This document shows positions 1-9,530 of a stretch of DNA of 46,933 nucleotides, piece by piece. The stretch is taken from assembly GCA_963807635.1 (NCBI GenBank), contig CAWEDJ010000050.1, positions 1-46,933 of the forward strand, given 5' to 3'. The translations under genes and the position numbers were made by a program. Source of the stretch: an uncultured cyanobacterium (GTDB lineage: Bacteria; Cyanobacteriota; Cyanobacteriia; Cyanobacteriales; Microcystaceae). Each line of letters starts with the position of its first letter. The first letter of the stretch is position 1. A model generated the notes under the pieces. That model was not told where the DNA came from. It ran no database searches and saw only the letters and a list, made by a program, of their open reading frames with translations.

Positions 1-71
1 ACTCCTAGCAACTCAAAGAGGAGAGAGTGGAAAGTTAAAAATAATTGGTAAAAGATAGTATCAGTACGCAT
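1..71 (-). CDS. 5' end of an Rpn-family/DUF2887-like protein (runs off the window edge)
   Basis: Manual translation from ATG at 71 gives MRTDTIFYQLFLTFHSLLFELLG, the typical N-terminus of this cyanobacterial family. Not in the ORF track. Confidence 0.75.
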   Translation of the reverse strand, partial: MRTDTIFYQLFLTFHSLLFELLG

Positions 72-228
72 AATTTTTAGAATAGCAGACCCCGTTTAAA
101 AATTAAGGTAATTTCCTATAACGGCCAAAAGTCAATAAACCCAGATAAATAATAGAGGTACGATCGCGGATAAACCTTATAAAATAGGTGGGATTCAAAT
201 TACCGATTCATTTCCTGGGACACCGCTT

Positions 229-3200
229 ATGCCACGCCGCACAGACTTAAAGAAAATTTTAGTATTGGGAGCTGGCCCGATTGTTATTGGGCAAGCCTGT
301 GAATTTGACTATTCGGGAACCCAAGCCTGTAAAGCCTTACGGGAAGAGGGTTATGAAGTGGTATTAGTGAACTCTAATCCCGCTTCGATCATGACCGATC
401 CAGAAACAGCCCATCGCACCTATATCGAACCGCTCCTCCCTGAAATGGTGGAAAAGGTGATCGAGAAAGAACGGCCCGATGCTTTGTTACCGACAATGGG
501 CGGACAAACGGCTCTTAATCTGGCAGTGACCTTGGCGAAATCGGGTGTCCTAGAAAAATACGGCGTTGAGTTGATCGGGGCCAAATTAGACGCGATCGAA
601 ATGGGGGAAGACCGAGAACTGTTTAAGGAAGCCATGGCCCGCATTGGGGTTCCCGTCTGTCCTTCAGGGATTGTGAGTAATATTGAAGATGCTCGCCGTG
701 TAGCCAAGGAAATCGGTTCCTATCCCTTGATTATTCGTCCCGCCTTTACTCTCGCAGGAACAGGGGGGGGGATTGCCTATAACCAGGAAGAATACGAAGA
801 AATGGCTCTCTATGGATTAGAGCAATCGCCTGTTTCCCAAATTCTCGTCGAAAAATCCCTCTTAGGCTGGAAAGAATACGAATTAGAGGTCATGCGAGAT
901 TTGGCAGATAATGTGGTAATTATCTGTTCGATTGAAAATTTTGATCCGATGGGGGTACATACAGGGGACTCGATCACCGTTGCCCCTGCCCAAACTTTGA
1001 CAGACAAGGAATATCAACGGTTACGCGATTATTCGATGGCAATTATCCGAGAAATCGGCGTAGAAACGGGCGGATCGAATATTCAATTTTCCGTGAATCC
1101 TGCCAATGGGGATGTGATTGTCATTGAGATGAATCCCCGTGTTTCCCGTTCTTCTGCTCTAGCATCTAAGGCAACGGGTTTCCCGATCGCGAAATTTGCG
1201 GCGAAATTAGCGGTAGGTTATACGCTGAACGAAATTTCCAACGATATTACCAAGAAAACCCCTGCATCCTTTGAGCCGACCATTGATTATGTGGTCACGA
1301 AAATTCCCCGTTTTGCCTTTGAAAAGTTCCCTGGCTCGGAACCGATTTTAACGACCCAAATGAAATCTGTTGGGGAAGCCATGGCCATTGGTCGCACTTT
1401 CCAAGAGTCTTTCCAAAAAGCGTTACGTTCTTTAGAAACTGGTCGTTTTGGGTTTGGTTGCGATCGCGTCGAAACCCTGCCGACCTTGCCCCAGGTGCGT
1501 TCCCAACTGAGGACACCCAATCCTGATCGGGTTTACTCGATTTATCACGCCTTCAGTCTGGGCATGACCGTCGAAGAAATCCATGAATTAACCGCGATCG
1601 ACATCTGGTTTTTGGATAAATTAGCAGATCTGGTGGAAACAGAAAAAATCCTCAAAAAAACGCCCCTCAAATCGATCACGGCGGCAAAAATGCGCTCGGT
1701 TAAACAACAGGGATTCAGCGATCGCCAAATTGCCTTTGCCACCAAATCCAGCGAAGACGAGGTGCGAGCCTACCGTAAGAGTTTAGACATTATTCCTGTG
1801 TATAAAATGGTGGATACCTGCGCGGCGGAATTTGAAGCCCTTACGCCCTATTATTATTCCACCTACGAACCCTCAGATTCAGAGGTTTTACCCTGTGATA
1901 AGCAAAAAGTGATGATTTTGGGCGGTGGGCCGAACCGTATTGGTCAGGGCATCGAATTTGACTATTGTTGTTGTCATGCCGCCTTTTCTCTCAGTGATGC
2001 GGGTTATGAAACGATCATGGTCAATTCCAACCCCGAAACCGTTTCCACCGACTATGACACCAGCGATCGCCTCTATTTTGAACCGCTAACCAAGGAAGAT
2101 GTTTTAAATATCATCGAAGCCGAGCAACCTGCGGGGATTATCGTGCAGTTTGGTGGTCAAACCCCGTTAAAACTAGCGGTTCCATTGCAAAAATACCTCA
2201 ATAGTCCTGATTGTCCCGTCCAAACTAAAATCTGGGGAACTTCACCCGATTCCATTGATGCTGCCGAAGATCGGGAGCGTTTCGAGAAAATTCTCCGTGA
2301 ATTAGACATTAAACAACCTGCTAACGGTATTGCCCGTAATTACGAAGAATCTCGCGTGGTTGCTAATCGTATTGGGTATCCTGTGGTTGTGCGTCCTTCC
2401 TACGTTTTAGGCGGTCGGGCGATGGAAATCGTCTATTCCGATGAGGAATTGGAACGTTACATGGTCTATGCGGTGCAGATCGAACCCGATCACCCCATTT
2501 TGATCGATAAATTTCTCGAAAACGCGATCGAGGTTGACGTAGATTCCCTGACTGATGCGACGGGTTTTGTCGTTATGGGGGGCATTATGGAGCATATCGA
2601 AGAAGCGGGCATCCATTCAGGAGATTCTGCCTGTTCTCTGCCCTATACGAGCTTAACAGATGAAGTTGTCACGACCATTCGCCAATGGACGGAACAGTTA
2701 GCCAAGTCTTTAAAAGTCATTGGTTTGATGAATATTCAGTATGCGGTGCAAGGCGATCAGGTTTATATCCTAGAAGCCAATCCCCGTGCCTCTCGGACAG
2801 TTCCCTTTGTTTCTAAGGCAACGGGGCGGCCTTTGGCGAAAATTGCGTCTTTAGTGATGTCGGGCAAAACTTTGACGGAACTGGGCATTACGGAAGAATT
2901 AATTCCCAACCATGTTGCGGTTAAAGAAGCGGTTTTACCCTTTGCTAAGTTTCCTGGCACAGATACCTTGCTTGGCCCTGAAATGCGTTCTACGGGTGAG
3001 GTGATGGGGATTGATAGTGATTTCGGGAAAGCCTTTGCTAAGGCTGAATTGGGAGCCAGTGTTAATCTATCAACAACTGGAACGGTGTTTGTTTCCATGA
3101 GCGATCGCACTAAAGAAGCAGTAGTCCCTGTCGTTCGGGATTTAATTGCTTTGGGCTTTAAAGTGGTTGCGACATCGGGAACCCAACAAGTCCTGAAAGA

Positions 3201-3471
3201 TAATGGAATTGAGGGAATTGAAGTTGTCCTCAAACTCCATGAAGGTCGTCCCCATGTAATTGATTGGATCAAGAATAATCAGATCCAATTTATTATTAAT
3301 ACCCCTAGCGGTGAAGAGTCCCAATTAGACGGGCGATCGATTCGTCGGGCGGCTTTGGATTATAAGTTACCGATTATCACGACCTTAGCAGGGGCGCGGG
3401 CAACGGTGGCGGCGATTAAGAGTTTGCAGGATCATCCTTTGGAGGTTAAGGCTTTACAGGATTATTTTTAG
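229..3471 (+). CDS. carB: carbamoyl-phosphate synthase large subunit
   Basis: 1080 aa with N-terminal [23 protein letters not shown], two ATP-grasp halves ([21 protein letters not shown]) and a C-terminal MGS domain. Confidence 0.99.
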   Translation: MPRRTDLKKILVLGAGPIVIGQACEFDYSGTQACKALREEGYEVVLVNSNPASIMTDPETAHRTYIEPLLPEMVEKVIEKERPDALLPTMGGQTALNLAVTLAKSGVLEKYGVELIGAKLDAIEMGEDRELFKEAMARIGVPVCPSGIVSNIEDARRVAKEIGSYPLIIRPAFTLAGTGGGIAYNQEEYEEMALYGLEQSPVSQILVEKSLLGWKEYELEVMRDLADNVVIICSIENFDPMGVHTGDSITVAPAQTLTDKEYQRLRDYSMAIIREIGVETGGSNIQFSVNPANGDVIVIEMNPRVSRSSALASKATGFPIAKFAAKLAVGYTLNEISNDITKKTPASFEPTIDYVVTKIPRFAFEKFPGSEPILTTQMKSVGEAMAIGRTFQESFQKALRSLETGRFGFGCDRVETLPTLPQVRSQLRTPNPDRVYSIYHAFSLGMTVEEIHELTAIDIWFLDKLADLVETEKILKKTPLKSITAAKMRSVKQQGFSDRQIAFATKSSEDEVRAYRKSLDIIPVYKMVDTCAAEFEALTPYYYSTYEPSDSEVLPCDKQKVMILGGGPNRIGQGIEFDYCCCHAAFSLSDAGYETIMVNSNPETVSTDYDTSDRLYFEPLTKEDVLNIIEAEQPAGIIVQFGGQTPLKLAVPLQKYLNSPDCPVQTKIWGTSPDSIDAAEDRERFEKILRELDIKQPANGIARNYEESRVVANRIGYPVVVRPSYVLGGRAMEIVYSDEELERYMVYAVQIEPDHPILIDKFLENAIEVDVDSLTDATGFVVMGGIMEHIEEAGIHSGDSACSLPYTSLTDEVVTTIRQWTEQLAKSLKVIGLMNIQYAVQGDQVYILEANPRASRTVPFVSKATGRPLAKIASLVMSGKTLTELGITEELIPNHVAVKEAVLPFAKFPGTDTLLGPEMRSTGEVMGIDSDFGKAFAKAELGASVNLSTTGTVFVSMSDRTKEAVVPVVRDLIALGFKVVATSGTQQVLKDNGIEGIEVVLKLHEGRPHVIDWIKNNQIQFIINTPSGEESQLDGRSIRRAALDYKLPIITTLAGARATVAAIKSLQDHPLEVKALQDYF

Positions 3472-3522
3472 TTAGTTCTGTTAATATAGATGGGATGGGT
3501 TAAACTTTTTAGTCTGGCCTGT
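3339..3522 (+). repeat. 184-bp direct repeat, copy 1 (carB 3' end plus 51 bp downstream)
   Basis: Aligns without gaps to 4455-4638; 11 mismatches by manual alignment. Confidence 0.95.
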
Positions 3523-3548
3523 CTCATTTAATAAAGCTAAGTATTTTT

Positions 3549-4007
3549 ATGTCTTTAACGCTTACTTCTAAAAGTTTGTACGAAACTGATTATATGCTTT
3601 GGTTGGAAACAACTTTAGAGCAAGTTAAGCATCGGCAAGTTGAACAGCTAGATTGGGATAATTTAGCAGAGGAGATCGAAGGTTTGGGGATTGCATTACA
3701 CCATAAAATAGATAGTTATCTACGACAGCTTTTAATTCATTTACTACTTTATAAATACTGGACAAGTGAACGCGATCGCTGTGGAAACGGTTGGAAAATT
3801 GAAATTCGCGCTTTTAGAGATGAACTAGCTTCTTTATTTGAATCGAAAACACTCTACAATTTTTTTCTAACTCGCATGGATCTGATTTATTCCAGAGCAA
3901 GAAAAGCGGTAATTGAAAAAACAGATTTATCTTCAAAAATTTTCCCCGAACAATGTCCATTTTCGGTTTCTGAATTGCTAGACTCTGATTTTTATCCTGA
4001 ATCATAA
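3549..4007 (+). CDS. DUF29 family protein
   Basis: LYETDY..W, LDWDNLAEEIE.LG, LLIHLL and FPEQCPF..ELLD.DF motifs. Confidence 0.92.
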   Translation: MSLTLTSKSLYETDYMLWLETTLEQVKHRQVEQLDWDNLAEEIEGLGIALHHKIDSYLRQLLIHLLLYKYWTSERDRCGNGWKIEIRAFRDELASLFESKTLYNFFLTRMDLIYSRARKAVIEKTDLSSKIFPEQCPFSVSELLDSDFYPES

Positions 4008-4019
4008 TCATGAGGTTTT

Positions 4020-4244
4020 ATGACTTTAATACTAACTAAGATTTTTCAAAAAGTTCCTGAAGGATATATCGGTTTTGTCGAGGAATTACCTGGTGCATAT
4101 TCCCAGGCTAATACTTTGGAAGAATGTCGAATTAATCTGGAGGAAGCTATTCAGTTAGTTTTAGACGCAAATCGCGTGTTAGCTGAAGAGCAATTACAAG
4201 GTCAAGACATCATTCGTGAAGCTATTTCTTATCAGGTGGCATGA
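4020..4244 (+). CDS. hicB: HicB-family antitoxin
   Basis: 74 aa, GYIGFVEELPGAYSQANTLEECRINLEEAI; GTGGCATGA stop/start overlap with hicA. Confidence 0.88.
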   Translation: MTLILTKIFQKVPEGYIGFVEELPGAYSQANTLEECRINLEEAIQLVLDANRVLAEEQLQGQDIIREAISYQVA

Positions 4245-4435
4245 AACGATTAGATCTTATTCGTCATTTAGAGTCTCATGGTTGCCAATTTCTGAGAGAG
4301 GGAAGCAATCATACTGTTTATGTAAGTCGTGCTACTCAAAGATCAGTTGCAATTCCTAGACATCGAGAAATTAATAACTTCTTAGTTCGAGGTATCTGCC
4401 GCGATTTACAAATACCTATTCCCAACAAAAAATAA
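4241..4435 (+). CDS. hicA: HicA-family mRNA interferase toxin
   Basis: 64 aa basic protein, LESHGCQFLREGSNH...IPRHREI. Confidence 0.9.
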   Translation: MKRLDLIRHLESHGCQFLREGSNHTVYVSRATQRSVAIPRHREINNFLVRGICRDLQIPIPNKK

Positions 4436-4454
4436 GGTTACAAAAAGTGGTAGT

Positions 4455-4638
4455 GATTCGTTAGGCGGCTTTGGATTATAAGTTACCGATTATCACGACT
4501 TTAGCAGGAGCGCGGGCAACTGTCGCGGCGATTAAGAGTTTGCAGGATCATCCTTTGGAGGTTAAGGCTTTGCAGGATTATTTTTAGTTAGTTCTGTTAA
4601 TATAAATGAGATAGGTTAAACTTTTTAGTTTGGCCTGT
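4455..4638 (+). pseudogene. 184-bp direct repeat, copy 2: orphan carB 3' fragment
   Basis: Encodes [40 protein letters not shown], identical to the CarB C-terminus. It is preceded by an in-frame TAG and has no start. Confidence 0.93.
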
Positions 4639-4715
4639 TCAGAAAAAACGAGATTAAATATCATACTAAATTACTTTAATCTACTAAACATAAATTAGTA
4701 TTACTCGATCAATTT

Positions 4716-6209
4716 TTAGATTATTAGGATAGCTAAAGGATGATCAGGATCGGTGACTAGACTAATTGAAAAGGATTCGTTTTCACTAGGATTAACAATA
4801 ATCGTTATTTCACGTTCCTGCTCCTCATAGACGAATTGAGTAGTACCAATCCATCCCAAGGCATTGTCTCTAAATTCTTCACGATAAACAAAACGATTAA
4901 ATGGAATAGAAATAGATTCTGGCTTACAGTACACATTCAGCTTAATAAGCCAATCCTCAATTATGAATTTATGACCATTGTTATAAAAATAGAGTTCAGG
5001 GAAGTGGCTACTAAGATTGACTTCTAAATTGGATGAAGAGGAAATAATATCTTTAATTGTTGGCAATAATATTGTATTGAGAATATTATTTAAGCTAGTA
5101 AAATTAGAATTATTTGCGATAGATAGACTTTGGGCATTAGGATCAAAATTCAATTCGTACGTATCAAAACAATTTGTTTCTAAGTTAGGGTCTTGTTCTT
5201 TTCGGTCATCTATGTTTCCGAGTTTAATATTCCCAATATCTAGGATTTCATATTCAGGGTTAACGAAAGTCAATTCATAATCAGAAGTTGGAAAGAACCC
5301 ATTTAATATTTTTTCTTTTCCTAAATCTTCCAATGTTAAAAGTTTAACTGTTGGCCCTTTTTCCTTTTTAACATACTCGATAATTGATGACGGATAACCC
5401 AAAGCGGAAACACAAAATAAGTGCTGCGCCCCTACTTCTTCCATTTTTTTACACCACCCATGAAAAGTGGTTATACTAGGTTTTGTTGCTCTTTTCTGAA
5501 CTTCTACAATAGCAAAAGTTTGTCGAGGATATTTGCCGAATGTAATTACTACATCACATTGTCTTGGCTTTCTGTTTGGGTTGTTAATAACAGGCAGCTT
5601 AACATTGTGTTCGACTTTAGCCTCTGGTGATATAGCTTGTTCGATAAGTGCAACAATCTTTTCTGTAGATTCCCATGACAATGAAACCTTTTTGTTTTTT
5701 TCATCTCGAATCATGATTTCTAAAGGCTGAACTAAAATATCTTCTGTATCTTCTGGAAGAACTTCCCGCCTAACAATTTTAGGCCATAAATCAACAGGAG
5801 GTCGTAAAATTAAGTCACGTTTAAGTTTAATATCTTCAAAATCATCATGCAAATGAAGTCTTTTAGCACAGTGAAAAGCATCACAATTTCCCCTTGGTTC
5901 ACAAATACGCCAAGGACAAGTTCGCCCCAAATATTTTCCTCTCGGATTAGCTAAAAAAGCATCTACCCCTGCATTATTACGTTTATCTTGCAAACGACCA
6001 CTTAGCTGACGAGCCATTTTGGCAAGCGGAGCTAAATCAGCTTCATCAGTCACTCGTATCAATAAATCTACATCTTTGGGATAAGACTTTTGTCGTGTCA
6101 AGGAACCAATTAGAGAAATTTTTTTAATTCCATTAAGTTTACAAGCTTGCTTAACAAATTCTAAGGTTTCAGCAAGAATTACAGTACGATAAGTAGATTG
6201 CTCCGTCAT
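4716..6209 (-). CDS. fusion of a minimal nucleotidyltransferase-like domain, a Cys/His cluster, a PD-(D/E)XK restriction-endonuclease-like domain and an unknown C-terminal domain
   Basis: SLIGSLT..K..PKDVDLL (GS..DxD); CPWRIC..CDAFHC; RQCDVVI...IVEVQKR...CVSALGY (Mrr-cat-like pattern). AT-rich. ATG at 6209 is preferred over TTG at 6224. Confidence 0.65.
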   Translation of the reverse strand: MTEQSTYRTVILAETLEFVKQACKLNGIKKISLIGSLTRQKSYPKDVDLLIRVTDEADLAPLAKMARQLSGRLQDKRNNAGVDAFLANPRGKYLGRTCPWRICEPRGNCDAFHCAKRLHLHDDFEDIKLKRDLILRPPVDLWPKIVRREVLPEDTEDILVQPLEIMIRDEKNKKVSLSWESTEKIVALIEQAISPEAKVEHNVKLPVINNPNRKPRQCDVVITFGKYPRQTFAIVEVQKRATKPSITTFHGWCKKMEEVGAQHLFCVSALGYPSSIIEYVKKEKGPTVKLLTLEDLGKEKILNGFFPTSDYELTFVNPEYEILDIGNIKLGNIDDRKEQDPNLETNCFDTYELNFDPNAQSLSIANNSNFTSLNNILNTILLPTIKDIISSSSNLEVNLSSHFPELYFYNNGHKFIIEDWLIKLNVYCKPESISIPFNRFVYREEFRDNALGWIGTTQFVYEEQEREITIIVNPSENESFSISLVTDPDHPLAILII

Positions 6210-6332
6210 AATCGCCCATCTCAACAGGAGGGATAAATTTAAGATAAATTATACTAAATTAAGTGTGATCGCCGCTCCCATAAACCAAATTAACGCAAAG
6301 AAACCCAAACTTAATTATTGGGGAAAACTTAA

Positions 6333-6506
6333 ATGAAAGCCGAACTAACCGCAATCATTGAAGCCGCAACAGAAGGAGGCTATTGGGCAATCTGTCCAGA
6401 AATTGCTGGAGCTAACGGTCAAGGCGAAACGATCGCAGAAACTAAAGCCAGTCTAAAAAGTGCGATTGAACTCATCATTGAAGATCGTCTAAGTGAAAAA
6501 AATTGA
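6333..6506 (+). CDS. orphan short HicB-like antitoxin (57 aa)
   Basis: Manual translation MKAELTAIIEAATEGGYWAICPEIAGANGQGETIAETKASLKSAIELIIEDRLSEKN; no hicA partner beside it. Confidence 0.8.
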   Translation: MKAELTAIIEAATEGGYWAICPEIAGANGQGETIAETKASLKSAIELIIEDRLSEKN

Positions 6507-6539
6507 AAATTTATCTTAAATAATAGTCAGGAGTAAATT

Positions 6540-6989
6540 ATGTTAGCATTAAAGACACTTTATGAAACCGACTTTCATCTTTGGCTCGAAGAAACAGCCC
6601 AAGCCCTTCGAGATGGCAATTTAGAACAATTAGATAGAGAAAACCTATTAGAAGAAATCGAAGCAATGGGACGTAGCGATCGCCGAGCGATTAGACGAAA
6701 CTTAGAACAATTATTAATGCACCTGCTTAAATGGCATTATCAATCCGATAAATTAACGAATAGCTGGAAATATTCAATTCGGGAATATAGAAAACGCCTT
6801 TTAGAAGATTTTGAAGAAAGTCCCAGTTTAAAGCGATATTATGAAGAAGTCTTTCCTCAGTGTTACCAAAATGCACGAGAAATGGCATCCGATGAAACAG
6901 GTTTAAAATTATCCATCTTTCCGTTATTATGTCCATTTAATCAAACGGAAATTCTAGATATTCGTAATTTACCCGATCAAACATATTGA
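6540..6989 (+). CDS. DUF29 family protein
   Basis: LYETDFHLW, LDRENLLEEIEAMGRS, LLMHLLKW.YQ, SPSLK and FPLLCPF motifs. Confidence 0.93.
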   Translation: MLALKTLYETDFHLWLEETAQALRDGNLEQLDRENLLEEIEAMGRSDRRAIRRNLEQLLMHLLKWHYQSDKLTNSWKYSIREYRKRLLEDFEESPSLKRYYEEVFPQCYQNAREMASDETGLKLSIFPLLCPFNQTEILDIRNLPDQTY

Positions 6990-7000
6990 AATGTTTAATC

Positions 7001-7126
7001 TATCTTGACAAGCGATTACACATCCTCTGTTTTACAGAAACATTAACAGGAATTCGTGTGATTAGTTTTCGTAAAGCAAACCCAAGAGAGGCTAAAAAAC
7101 ATGGAAAATCCAAAACCCTTGACTAA
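7001..7126 (+). pseudogene. C-terminal remnant of a BrnT-family toxin
   Basis: YLDKRLHILCFTETLTGIRVISFRKANPREAKKH contains the IRVIS.RKAN.RE motif; no start codon and no N-terminal half. Confidence 0.75.
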
Positions 7127-7274
7127 TTCAGAAGGAGAAGTTCGTGAACTGACAGAAGAAGATTTCCAAAGAGGAATAAACTTCTCTGAATTACCTAAAA
7201 ATCTTCAAATCAAGTTAAACAAAACCGAAGCTAATTTATCCTATCCAACTCACCTTCAACCAATCAGTAAATAA
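7101..7274 (+). pseudogene. truncated BrnA-like antitoxin (N-terminal part)
   Basis: MENPKPLTNSEGEVRELTEEDF..FSELPKNLQ overlaps the BrnT remnant and lacks the GRP/RHH C-terminal region. Confidence 0.55.
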
Positions 7275-7352
7275 ATGAACTTAAAAATGAGTCAAAAAGA
7301 TGACGCGTTTTTAGGGAGTTTGTAAATGTTCGTTGAGCGATCGCGAATAAAT

Positions 7353-7379
7353 AAAAAAAGGGACGATTAAACTCGCCCC
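7353..7379 (-). terminator. intrinsic terminator of infC
   Basis: Minus strand GGGGCGA-GTTTAA-TCGTCCC-TTTTTTT, 35 bp past the infC stop. Confidence 0.75.
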
Positions 7380-7414
7380 ATACCTAGAAAAATTTTTAGC
7401 AGGTAAATTGACAA

Positions 7415-7941
7415 TTACTTTTTCGATGAGAGTAGCATCATCATATTGCGACCCTCTTTTTTAGGAGCCTGCTGAACATCAGCAACTTCACCCAGATCCG
7501 ATGCCATCCGTTTGAGCAAAGTTTCGGCTAAGTGGGAATGTTGAATTTCCCGACCCCGAAAGGTAATGGTCACCTTAACTTTGTCGCCAGCTTTGAGGAA
7601 GCGTACCGCCTGATTGATTCGCACTTGATAATCGTGTTCATCAATTTTGTAGCGCATCTTCACTTCTTTGACATCAGCCGTGTGTTGCTTTTTCTTAGCT
7701 TCCTGGCCTTTTTTTCCTGTTCAAATTTGTATTTGCCGTAATCCATGATTCGACAAACAGGAGGGACAGCCGTTTCGCTTACTAAGACCAGATCCAGTTC
7801 TCTTTCTTCTGCAACCTTCAGGGCTTCGTCTGGAGTCAGGATTCCTAATTGGGCACCGTCGCTATCAATGACACGAATTTCAGGGAAACGAATTCGCTCA
7901 TTAATTTTCGGTAAATCGCGCTGACTACGTTTTTTGTCGAT
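7415..7941 (-). CDS. infC: translation initiation factor IF-3 (one apparent 1-bp deletion near 7703; start codon uncertain)
   Basis: [28 protein letters not shown] and [14 protein letters not shown]. Adding one base joins the two ORFs as [20 protein letters not shown]. Confidence 0.95.
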
Positions 7942-8191
7942 TAGGGGTGTGTTTTGCAAATCTCGAACCAATGATGTGGATATAAAGGAATAAATTGTTT
8001 GATCAGTTAATAGCTATTCTACCTAGTCTTTAGAAATTTCGGCCTTAATTTTTCTTTAATTTTTCTTACATGAGATTGTACAGGGCAAAAAAGCCCAAGC
8101 TTGTCGAGAAAGCAGCTTAAGCGATCGCTATCAAGATCGAGAGAGTTGCCTGTAAAATAAGAAAAATGTAAAGATTTATAAATTTTAAGCT

Positions 8192-9106
8192 GTGATAGAG
8201 TCACTTCCCTGGCAAAAACGCATTGGTCATCAACGGGATTGGGTCTGGCAGGGACAGCAAACTCGTTATAGTTTTCTCCATCCCCCCGATCGCGATCATG
8301 CCAAACATCCCCCCCTGATTTTGTTACACGGATTTGGGGCGGCGATCGAACATTGGCGAAAGAATATTCCTGAGTTAAGTCAAAATTCTAGTGTTTACGC
8401 CCTGGATTTACTCGGTTTTGGCGGATCAAAGAAAGCAGATACCCAGTACAGCGTTTATCTCTGGGCGCGACAAGTCTATGATTTTTGGCGGACTTTTATT
8501 CAAGAGCCAGTTATTTTGGTGGGAAATTCCATCGGCTCTTTGGTTTGCTTAACGTTGGCCTACACCTACCCCGATATGGTGGCAGGTATTACGATGTTGA
8601 GCTTGCCCGATGTTGCCATTCGTCAAGAAGCGATTCCCAAACCCTTACAGCCGATTGTGATGGGGATTGAAGGTCTGTTTGCGTCCCACTGGTTATTAAA
8701 AAATTTATTTCTGTTTCTCCGTCAACCGTCGGTGATTCGTCGTTGGGCGGGAGTTGCCTATATTGATCAAAATGCTGTTAATGAAGAATTAATCGCCATT
8801 TTAACCCTTCCCGCCCAGGATAAAGGAGCCGATAGGACTTTTTATCGTTTATTTGATGCGGTGCGATCGCCCAATTTCGCGCCGTCAGCCAAGGTAGTGC
8901 TTCCCCGTTTACACATTCCCATCTTATTAATTTGGGGACTCCAAGACCGCATGGTTCCGCCCCTATTGGCCCCTATTTTCGCTAAACTAAATCCTTTGAT
9001 TGAATTGGTGGAATTAGCAGGAGTCGGCCATTGTCCCCAGGATGAATGTCCCGAAAAATTTAATCTTATTTTGAAAGATTGGTTAACACGGCACTTTAGC
9101 CATTGA
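8192..9106 (+). CDS. alpha/beta fold hydrolase
   Basis: LLHGFGA, GNSIG nucleophile elbow, WGLQDRMVP and GHCPQDE. Confidence 0.92.
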   Translation: MIESLPWQKRIGHQRDWVWQGQQTRYSFLHPPDRDHAKHPPLILLHGFGAAIEHWRKNIPELSQNSSVYALDLLGFGGSKKADTQYSVYLWARQVYDFWRTFIQEPVILVGNSIGSLVCLTLAYTYPDMVAGITMLSLPDVAIRQEAIPKPLQPIVMGIEGLFASHWLLKNLFLFLRQPSVIRRWAGVAYIDQNAVNEELIAILTLPAQDKGADRTFYRLFDAVRSPNFAPSAKVVLPRLHIPILLIWGLQDRMVPPLLAPIFAKLNPLIELVELAGVGHCPQDECPEKFNLILKDWLTRHFSH

Positions 9107-9155
9107 CAAACCGTTGAATCATTGCCGTTGGAATTAAAGGATTTTTGCTGACATT

Positions 9156-9530
9156 ATGACCATTGTAGATTCTGATTTAGCTAAACCTGTTCAGCGTTTA
9201 TATTTATTACATCTGTATGGGCGTTGGCTCCTGACCGCGATGGCCTGGTTGTTGGTAGCTCCCTGGGCAATAGGACGACTATGGGATGATATTCAACTGA
9301 TGACCGAATATTTTACCTGGGCTTCTGTCCGTTATAGCTTGATGTTTAATTTGATTCCTGCCTACGGTTTTCTTTTTTGTATCGGTGTCACGGTTTCAAC
9401 CTTAATTTGGCATGGTCTTTATCTGTGGAAAGGAATTTCACCGAGGGAACAGTTTCGTTTAGCAAATCAGGTTAAAAAAATTCAATTAACAGGCCCCAAA
9501 CATATCCTTTGGAAATGGGTTTTTAAGTAG
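9156..9530 (+). CDS. conserved cyanobacterial membrane protein
   Basis: 124 aa with two hydrophobic segments and YFTWASVRY; lies in an operon-like run. Confidence 0.7.
   Translation: MTIVDSDLAKPVQRLYLLHLYGRWLLTAMAWLLVAPWAIGRLWDDIQLMTEYFTWASVRYSLMFNLIPAYGFLFCIGVTVSTLIWHGLYLWKGISPREQFRLANQVKKIQLTGPKHILWKWVFK

Noticed and set aside
420..3324. Antisense and alternate-frame ORFs in the track (within carB, and likewise TamB, htpG, 38647-39039, 29917-30413)
   Set aside because: They are shadows of well-supported genes or of repeats and contain no recognisable motifs.
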